DNA of 64,000 nucleotides from a virus (Duplodnaviria; Caudoviricetes). Both the position numbers and the translations under genes were made by a program. Position 1 is the stretch's first letter. Every line of letters begins with the position of its first letter. This document shows positions 57,523 through 64,000 of the stretch, piece after piece. The notes beneath the pieces are model-generated. The model saw only the letters and a list, made by a program, of their open reading frames with translations, searched no databases and was not told where the DNA came from. Where the stretch lies: the IMG/VR virus record IMGVR_UViG_3300014205_000170, positions 224,001 to 288,000 of that record; one strand, given 5' to 3'.

Positions 57523-58793
57523 TAAAATATTTTAAAATAATCAAATTCTTTTTCGTTTTCGAAAAAATCTAGCACTTGTTTAATGCATTGGTCTGTATTA
57601 AAATATTGCCATTGTCCCCATCTTCCTAAGCCAAACAAATTATAATCTTTAGAAAACTTTAATATGTTTTTCATAGATTCTTTATAAACTTTAGTTGGTA
57701 AAGGATATGAATAAATATTTTCATGCTCATATAGAGGAGTACCTGCTTTCCACTTTTTACCATTTGCTAACCATCTCTTTCTATTAATATCCGTCATTAC
57801 GCCTCCGGGTTTACTATATGGTGCAAAATTGCAGATATAGAACTCTCTATGTTGTTCAACATCCGGACTTGGTATATACATCCAATGTGCTTTATGTGTA
57901 TATGGTTCGCGTTCCCATAAAGAAATTACATCACTTAAATATTGTAAATTGGCAAATTCTTTTTTGAAATCAAAACCTTCAATCTGAATATCGAACTTTG
58001 TCCAAGGTGCAGTATTGATGATTTTTTTCGTTACATATTTTTCATTGATAGTCCATAATTTTTCTTCCGGAATATATCTAAGTGTTTTCACATCAACATT
58101 TAATTCAATAGCAGATTCCATTGGTTTTTTAATAGCATCAAATACCGCTTGAAAACCACCGTATTTAGGATAATAAAAAGATTTGTGACTTACGACCTGT
58201 TCGGTAAAGTTTGGATTTTTTTCTATGATTGACCTTAACACTAATTTCATATCTGTTTCAGGTATCTTAACTAACCAATCGGTATTAAGTTCAGAAATAT
58301 CCATACACCATAACTTTTGATTGTATGGAATCATATAATTATCAGCTATCTTATCTCCTAAATAATTTCTAATCCAAGATTCAAAATTTTCATACTTAAT
58401 ATCTTTACTAGCAGCGTTAATATATGAATATAAATAATCAACCTGCATATCCGTTGGTAATTGCCAAAGATTTAATTCAATTGGAAATTGTATTGGATGA
58501 CCTTCTAAATCAATTAATACTTTCGTATCAAATTTATTAAAATCATCTTTTGGAATATGGTCAAAAATCCAATCTAAAACTTCTGGAAATTTGGAATGTA
58601 AAACATGCCCACCACCAATATCTAAATAATGACCATCAACAACTTTGGTTCTACATAATCCTCCACTTTCATTTTCACTTTCCAATAACAGAAAATTATT
58701 TTGACCTTTTTGTTGCAATCTTCTTGCTGCAGCAACACCTGTAATTCCTCCGCCTATGATTATATAATCATAGATTTTTTGTGATTCTTCCAT
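57522..58793 (-). CDS. FAD-dependent oxidoreductase (UDP-galactopyranose-mutase/HemY-like)
   Basis: IIGGGITG, GGLCRT, GGHVLH, PYNQKLW, YPKYGGF, GRWGQWQY. Confidence 0.8.
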   Translation of the reverse strand: MEESQKIYDYIIIGGGITGVAAARRLQQKGQNNFLLLESENESGGLCRTKVVDGHYLDIGGGHVLHSKFPEVLDWIFDHIPKDDFNKFDTKVLIDLEGHPIQFPIELNLWQLPTDMQVDYLYSYINAASKDIKYENFESWIRNYLGDKIADNYMIPYNQKLWCMDISELNTDWLVKIPETDMKLVLRSIIEKNPNFTEQVVSHKSFYYPKYGGFQAVFDAIKKPMESAIELNVDVKTLRYIPEEKLWTINEKYVTKKIINTAPWTKFDIQIEGFDFKKEFANLQYLSDVISLWEREPYTHKAHWMYIPSPDVEQHREFYICNFAPYSKPGGVMTDINRKRWLANGKKWKAGTPLYEHENIYSYPLPTKVYKESMKNILKFSKDYNLFGLGRWGQWQYFNTDQCIKQVLDFFENEKEFDYFKIF

Positions 58794-59625
58794 AAAATTG
58801 TTCTATTGTTGGTATTTCGTTTATATATTCTATTTTAACTTTTGAAAAATTAATACACTCATCATAAAAAGATGGGTCTCCGCCATGTTTCGCCATCAAT
58901 TGAGTATTATCAATTAATGTCATGTCTATATTTGAATTGCCAAATATTAAACAAGGATATACTCCTCCAGTCATGGTACTGGCAACATGTTTACAATTTT
59001 CATGTTGCACAATCGTGCACCAATCTTGATAATTAGCTATGTATTGTACATTTTTTCCATTAGCCCAAGTATTTGTTTCTTTTCCAAAAACAAAAACTGT
59101 TTTTTTGTTTTCTGTTAATTTATTAATTAATTCTGTCCAAAACCCATCAGACATATTTTTTTCAGACCATGCTGCCCTTTTTCTTATCACTAATGCGACA
59201 AAAGGTTGTGATAAATCGTAACCGTCTAAAGAACTACAAGAAACATTTTTTATTAGTTCTTTATCTCTTTCCCAATTTTTATAAAATGGTTTATAAGGTA
59301 TTAATCTACTATCAACACTACCAGCGGACAATCTATCAAATAAACTATTTTCCAAAAAGTCTATAATTTGTTCTGGCTGAATACCCAATTGAATAAATTG
59401 CTTATAATCCAATACGTTTTTAAAAATATTAGTATATAAACATTTTCTTTCTTCTGTTGTAACTATACAATCATCCGTTGAAATTGCACCTTCTTGTAAT
59501 AACATTATTAAATACAATCGCGTTATCACTAATTCAGTAGCAATTTCTGTTATAGCCAAAGGATTAGGAACATCATTCGTAGATGTACCATCAAAAATAT
59601 TTTTAGCTACAATTATGTATTTCAT
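58768..59625 (-). CDS. hypothetical protein, possibly glycosyltransferase-like
   Basis: 285 aa in glycan operon; FVALVIRKR...KN. Confidence 0.5.
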   Translation of the reverse strand: MKYIIVAKNIFDGTSTNDVPNPLAITEIATELVITRLYLIMLLQEGAISTDDCIVTTEERKCLYTNIFKNVLDYKQFIQLGIQPEQIIDFLENSLFDRLSAGSVDSRLIPYKPFYKNWERDKELIKNVSCSSLDGYDLSQPFVALVIRKRAAWSEKNMSDGFWTELINKLTENKKTVFVFGKETNTWANGKNVQYIANYQDWCTIVQHENCKHVASTMTGGVYPCLIFGNSNIDMTLIDNTQLMAKHGGDPSFYDECINFSKVKIEYINEIPTIEQFYGRITKNL

Positions 59626-61202
59626 TTCTTTTTAAAAATTTTATTATTTGTTACAACAAAATCTAACTCTGTATTATCTAAAACATAAAAAGCATCTTCT
59701 AAACTAGTTAAAATAGGAAATCCTCTTACGTTAAATGATGTATTTAAAATAACTGCTGTTTCATTTCTAAGGTTCAATTCTGTCAATATGCCATAAAACA
59801 TTTTATTCTGTTCTTTCGTAGTTGTTTGTAATCTAGAAGAGTTATCAGCATGTACGATTGAACACAAACTATCTTTAAATTCAGATTTCACCAAAGGAGC
59901 ATAACTCATATATTGTGATTCGCATGCATTTTCAAAATACATATCTTTATCTTCTACTCTGCAAACCGGTGCAAAAGGTCTATACCACTCTCTGAATTTT
60001 ACTTTAGCATTTAAAATATCTTTCATTTTTGGGAATGAGGGGTCACAAATGATACTTCTATTTCCTAAAGCTCTTGGACCCACTTCTGAATGGCCATGTA
60101 GAATGCCTATAATTTTTCCTTTTTTCAAGTAATCTACAATTTTATGAAATGAAAATTCTTCACTCTCATATACGGCTTCATATTCACTCAGCTTATCATT
60201 GTCTAAAATTTCTAAGCCATTATAAACAAATTCTCCAAAATTTTCATTAAAAAATTTACTTAAAAACATACCGCATGATTGACCACAATCATTTGGATTT
60301 GGAGGAACAAATAAATTTAAATTTTTTGTTTTTAAAATTTCATATAATTTTTGATTATACAATACATTTAAAGCACACCCACCAACCAAGATTACATTTA
60401 AATGATATTTAAAAACCAAAGGCAATACAAGTTCATTCATTTTTTTCTCAAACACAAATTGTGATGTTGCTGCTAAATCATAACCAACTTTTTCACTTAC
60501 AGAATTGTAACCATAAGGAATATTAATGTTCGAACATAATTTTCTTAAATCTTTATGGTTATAATACTCATCAAAGGCCGCTACCCAATCTTGACGAACT
60601 TCTCCATAAGCACAAAGACCCATTATCTTTCCAGCATAAACAAGAGAATTTTCACAACCTTCACCTTCTGCTCCTGGTTTTATTTCAGAAATTAAAAATG
60701 CAACCGCTGAATAAGGATTGCCATAATCAGGATTGTTACAATGAATTTCTTCTAATTTCTCATTGTCTGTTTTGTAAATTTTAGTAGTAGTAACAACATT
60801 ATTGTCTACGCCACCACCATCAACAGAAAACAAAAGAGATTTTTTAAACCCCGAAGAATATAAACCTGAATATGCATGTGAAAAATGATGGTCCATAGCT
60901 TCAAATTCAGCATTTGGAAAATATTCTTTTAATAAATTAATGTCAGACGTATTTAGTTGTGCGTATAATATATGTTGAATATTTGTATCTATTAAATTTT
61001 GTTTTAATAAATTTAAAAATTGTCTTCTTTCTGTATCGTTAGACCCCATACCACTCCTATCATCAAACATAGATGAGAACATTGCATATCGTTTTTTTGT
61101 AAAACGTTCGTATTCATAAATACGTAATTTACCGGTCTTATCCACAAAGGTAACAGACGCATCATGAGAACCGTATATAGCTATTGTATTATGTGAGGTC
61201 AT
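59622..61202 (-). CDS. carbamoyltransferase (CmcH/NodU family)
   Basis: HDAS, ERF, HHFSHA, DGGG, GKIMGL, GGCALN, EVGPRALGNRS, KFREWYRPFAP, LNTSFN. Confidence 0.93.
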   Translation of the reverse strand: MTSHNTIAIYGSHDASVTFVDKTGKLRIYEYERFTKKRYAMFSSMFDDRSGMGSNDTERRQFLNLLKQNLIDTNIQHILYAQLNTSDINLLKEYFPNAEFEAMDHHFSHAYSGLYSSGFKKSLLFSVDGGGVDNNVVTTTKIYKTDNEKLEEIHCNNPDYGNPYSAVAFLISEIKPGAEGEGCENSLVYAGKIMGLCAYGEVRQDWVAAFDEYYNHKDLRKLCSNINIPYGYNSVSEKVGYDLAATSQFVFEKKMNELVLPLVFKYHLNVILVGGCALNVLYNQKLYEILKTKNLNLFVPPNPNDCGQSCGMFLSKFFNENFGEFVYNGLEILDNDKLSEYEAVYESEEFSFHKIVDYLKKGKIIGILHGHSEVGPRALGNRSIICDPSFPKMKDILNAKVKFREWYRPFAPVCRVEDKDMYFENACESQYMSYAPLVKSEFKDSLCSIVHADNSSRLQTTTKEQNKMFYGILTELNLRNETAVILNTSFNVRGFPILTSLEDAFYVLDNTELDFVVTNNKIFKKK

Positions 61203-62002
61203 TTGGCTAATAATGTATTTATTTTATCTTGTAATCTATCTGCAATAGTTAAGAATTTTTGGCACTTTTCAAAGTTTTCTTCCACAAATTTTAACTTTTC
61301 ATTATAAGTATTTTCAGTTAAGGAATTACACACGTTGATTATATCCTGAAAAGTATCTACCATAAAAAATCCTTCTGTATTAAACCAATTTCCTATGTTA
61401 GGACATCCCCAATAAATTGGAATTGTTTTTGTACGTAAACAATCAATCAATTTTTCTGTAAACCAATTATTTCTCTTTGTATTTTCAATACAAATATGAA
61501 ATTGACTATTAAACAAAGGATGTTTAGTGCTTCCTAATACTGGATTGTTATTAATATTAGAAATGCCACCAAGATTTCCACTTAAATAAAAATTTCTTGG
61601 AATAGATTCGATTCTTTCTTCTTTAAACCATACCTTTTGTCTTAAAGTGTGTCCAGGAGTAATCAATTTACCGCCAACTAAAGCCGATACACTGAATTTC
61701 TTCTTTGGAAAATCATATTCTTTTAACCAAGTCGTTCCAAATTCAAACAAATGTGCAGTTTTACATCTTTTTAAGATATTCTCATCATGGGTCAAAACAT
61801 AATTATATGTTTTATTTTCTTCTCCAAATAATAATCTAGCCTCTAAATTTAAAATTTCTGGCGGCTCTATAAGCAAAACAAAACGAACAGTATCAACAGG
61901 AATAGAATTCATAGGAACAGAATCAACATACACTTCTACTTGTTTATCATGAAACATGTCTACTCCTAAATCCCAAGAACAAAATACTTTAACCTTTTTC
62001 AT
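61199..62002 (-). CDS. GT10 fucosyltransferase-like protein
   Basis: FHICIEN...WFTEKLIDC...IPIYWG. Confidence 0.85.
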   Translation of the reverse strand: MKKVKVFCSWDLGVDMFHDKQVEVYVDSVPMNSIPVDTVRFVLLIEPPEILNLEARLLFGEENKTYNYVLTHDENILKRCKTAHLFEFGTTWLKEYDFPKKKFSVSALVGGKLITPGHTLRQKVWFKEERIESIPRNFYLSGNLGGISNINNNPVLGSTKHPLFNSQFHICIENTKRNNWFTEKLIDCLRTKTIPIYWGCPNIGNWFNTEGFFMVDTFQDIINVCNSLTENTYNEKLKFVEENFEKCQKFLTIADRLQDKINTLLAK

Positions 62003-62885
62003 TTAAAAATTCTTTAATTTTTTTATACGCAGGTTCATCATAAGAAACCCCAATTTCAATATCATAAAAAATCTTCATATATAATGAATACCTTTTTTTT
62101 GCCCATTCAGCATAAGAATCAGGAACTGAGCCATTCCCATTGTTAACAAAGTTTTGTCCAGAACCAACCCCTGCAAAATGTATGAATTTTTCACCAAAAT
62201 CAAATAAATTATTTAATTCTAAATAACCATTATCCCAACTACCATTTTCATCAGAAGAACCATAAAATTTATTATCAAGATATTTGATTGTACCTTTGTT
62301 ATGTAATACATCGAATGATACTGGGTCAAAGAAATCCATAATTGGATGGTTAAAAGGATTGTAATATCCTACAACCATACGATGTAATGTTGCAAAGTCA
62401 TAATTTGATAATTTACTTAAATCCAAACCAAAAAAACAAGTACCCACAACATCCGGAAGCCCAACTAGGTCATTTCTATTACATTTATTTTTTTCATAAC
62501 TTCTTCTTTGACCTACTAAAGCATAACCAGCTTTAAAACTATCAGTAATATCTGAAATCGATTCTTGCATAAACAAAACATCACTATCAAAATGAATTAC
62601 TTTCGTATAATCACCATATTCTTTTTTAAGAACTTTTGTAAAAATATAAGCAGTACCTAAATGACCATTTTTATAAAGTTCTTTTAATGTATCGTCTGCG
62701 GACAATTCAATAAATTCAACATTCTCCTGAAATTCTCTTAATTCTTTAAAATCTTTATATGTACCAAACACATGAACTTTTTGTCCAGGATGATACTTAA
62801 AAAAACTTTCTAAGGCTTTTTTCAGAATTTTACCACAATTGTATGCAATGGTAAAAACAAATATATCTTTATTATGACTCATCAT
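61989..62885 (-). CDS. GT-A fold glycosyltransferase
   Basis: VIHFDSDV DxD motif, IHFAG. Confidence 0.65.
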   Translation of the reverse strand: MMSHNKDIFVFTIAYNCGKILKKALESFFKYHPGQKVHVFGTYKDFKELREFQENVEFIELSADDTLKELYKNGHLGTAYIFTKVLKKEYGDYTKVIHFDSDVLFMQESISDITDSFKAGYALVGQRRSYEKNKCNRNDLVGLPDVVGTCFFGLDLSKLSNYDFATLHRMVVGYYNPFNHPIMDFFDPVSFDVLHNKGTIKYLDNKFYGSSDENGSWDNGYLELNNLFDFGEKFIHFAGVGSGQNFVNNGNGSVPDSYAEWAKKRYSLYMKIFYDIEIGVSYDEPAYKKIKEFLNEKG

Positions 62886-63632
62886 AAAGTTTTTCTAAAG
62901 TTTTATAAGATTCTTTTGCGCGTAACATACCTTCTATCCTATTAATTTCATCTTGACTTTGCTTTGATTCATTCAAAGGATTTTCTCTATTATAAACATA
63001 AAGAATATCAGGAATATACTTGCTTTATCAACCCCACACATTTCAAGCATCGGCCATTGAAAGCTTAAATCCGGAGCATATGAAACATAATTACCAGTTG
63101 TAGGGTCTTTCATATCTTCTGGATTAATTTTCAAAAACAACTCTCTTCTAAAAGTTCTCAAATGAGAAGCCAACCATGCATGTTGTCTAAACGTTTTATT
63201 TTGTCTAACCTCCAAAGGATATTCATGATAGTGCCATCTTACATCTCTATAAGGATATTCTTCATAAGTACCATATGTCATCCAAACATCGCTTTTTGCA
63301 TACTCTGAATTTATTCTGTGCAAAACCATTTCATGAGGAAACCAATCATCACCATCCAGAGTAATAATTATACTTTTTTCAGGAGACATTTCAGTACCAA
63401 TTCGAATATTTTCACCTTGATATTTCCTTACATCATTTTGAATAACTTTTAAATTCTTATATTTTTCTTCGTAAGATTTAGCCTTTTCGAAAGTACCATC
63501 AGTTGAACAAGCATCAATGAAAATAACCTCAAAATCAGGATAATCTTGAGTTAAAGCGCTTTGTAAACATTTGTCCACATAAACGCCAGCATTTCTTGTA
63601 CTTATAACAATTGATATATGATTATTTTTCAT
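62872..63632 (-). CDS. GT2 glycosyltransferase with single-base frameshift near 63025
   Basis: IDACSTD, LDGDDW, SHLRTF; adding one A to the AAA run gives ...KSKYIPDILYVYNRENPLNE...LEKLYDES*, overlapping the next start. Confidence 0.8.
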
Positions 63633-64000
63633 GTAAAATATTTTCTTTCATTGTATCATAAGTTTTTTTCAACCCATCATATAATGAATGTTTTGGTTCC
63701 CAATTCGTTAAAGATTTAATTAACGAAATGTCTGTTTTAAATTTCATAACTCCGGTTACATCTTGATTTAAAGATTTAATCTTTTTACCGGATAACTCTT
63801 CAATAATTTTTACAATATCAGCAATGGAATACATTTCTCCGCTACCCAAATTCAAATGACCCGTAAAATCCGTATCTAAAACTTTTACAATAGCCTCAGC
63901 AGCATCTGTTGCAAAAATAAAATCTCTTGCTGGTTTCAAACTCCATACAGTTGGTTCTTCCTTAGTTAAAACATCATTAATCAATGTTGGAACTAAATCA
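63622..64000 (-). CDS. NAD-dependent epimerase/dehydratase (C-terminal part, runs off right edge)
   Basis: RDFIFATD, NLGSG, WEPKHSLYDGLKKTY. Confidence 0.85.
   Translation of the reverse strand, partial: DLVPTLINDVLTKEEPTVWSLKPARDFIFATDAAEAIVKVLDTDFTGHLNLGSGEMYSIADIVKIIEELSGKKIKSLNQDVTGVMKFKTDISLIKSLTNWEPKHSLYDGLKKTYDTMKENILHEK

Noticed and set aside
7187-59366. Short opposite-strand or nested ORFs in the track (e.g. 9215, 10159, 19425, 20415, 21660, 26439, 36571, 39707, 45076, 54473)
   Set aside because: They lie essentially within long genes with recognisable motifs and have no independent signals; treated as shadows
59622-61202. Carbamoyltransferase as a definite DNA-hypermodification enzyme
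   Set aside because: No hydroxymethylase or thymidylate-synthase-like partner in the window; neighbours are glycan enzymes, so the substrate is left open
1-64000. Stop-codon reassignment as in some jumbo phages
   Set aside because: Long genes are intact under code 11, coding density is high, and TAG/TGA act as plausible stops (4652, 41730, 1775)
1-64000. CRISPR array, tRNA/rRNA genes, DGR template/variable repeats, introns or inteins
   Set aside because: No regularly spaced repeats, cloverleafs, reverse transcriptase or splice motifs noticed by eye; a dedicated scan could still find weak cases
18040-64000. Window being bacterial chromosome or prophage because of T9SS and O-antigen-like genes
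   Set aside because: These genes are interleaved with phage genes and VLxEK orphans, have similar composition, and no housekeeping genes, wzx/wzy or integrase are seen

Overview
This AT-rich window looks like part of a large T4-like (myovirus/jumbo) phage genome with a Bacteroidota host. The host inference rests on TAnnTTTG promoters and a T9SS-CTD cargo gene. Standard code 11 fits. In order, the window holds: DNA primase; a transposase-less 805-bp cassette with long inverted repeats and an exact 8-bp target duplication; DUF6527 and a RuvC-like resolvase; a first tandem array of small paralogous ORFs; about 35 kb of baseplate/tail/tail-fibre genes, interrupted by a second small-ORF array and the T9SS cargo gene; a gp55-like late sigma factor; glycosyltransferases; a prohead-protease homologue lacking its catalytic residues; PcfJ-like and metallophosphoesterase genes; and a >12-kb nucleotide-sugar/glycosyltransferase cluster (ColD, two Fcl/ColC, GT11, GT10, GT2, carbamoyltransferase) running off the right end. 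The most striking unexplained signal is a short peptide, [T/A/S]-[R/K]-x-V-[L/F/M]-x-E-K. It occurs near a terminus of about 25 small or accessory proteins, many otherwise unrelated, and is conserved at protein rather than DNA level, so it behaves like a portable targeting, docking or cleavage tag. All family assignments come from motif recognition by eye; no searches were run.
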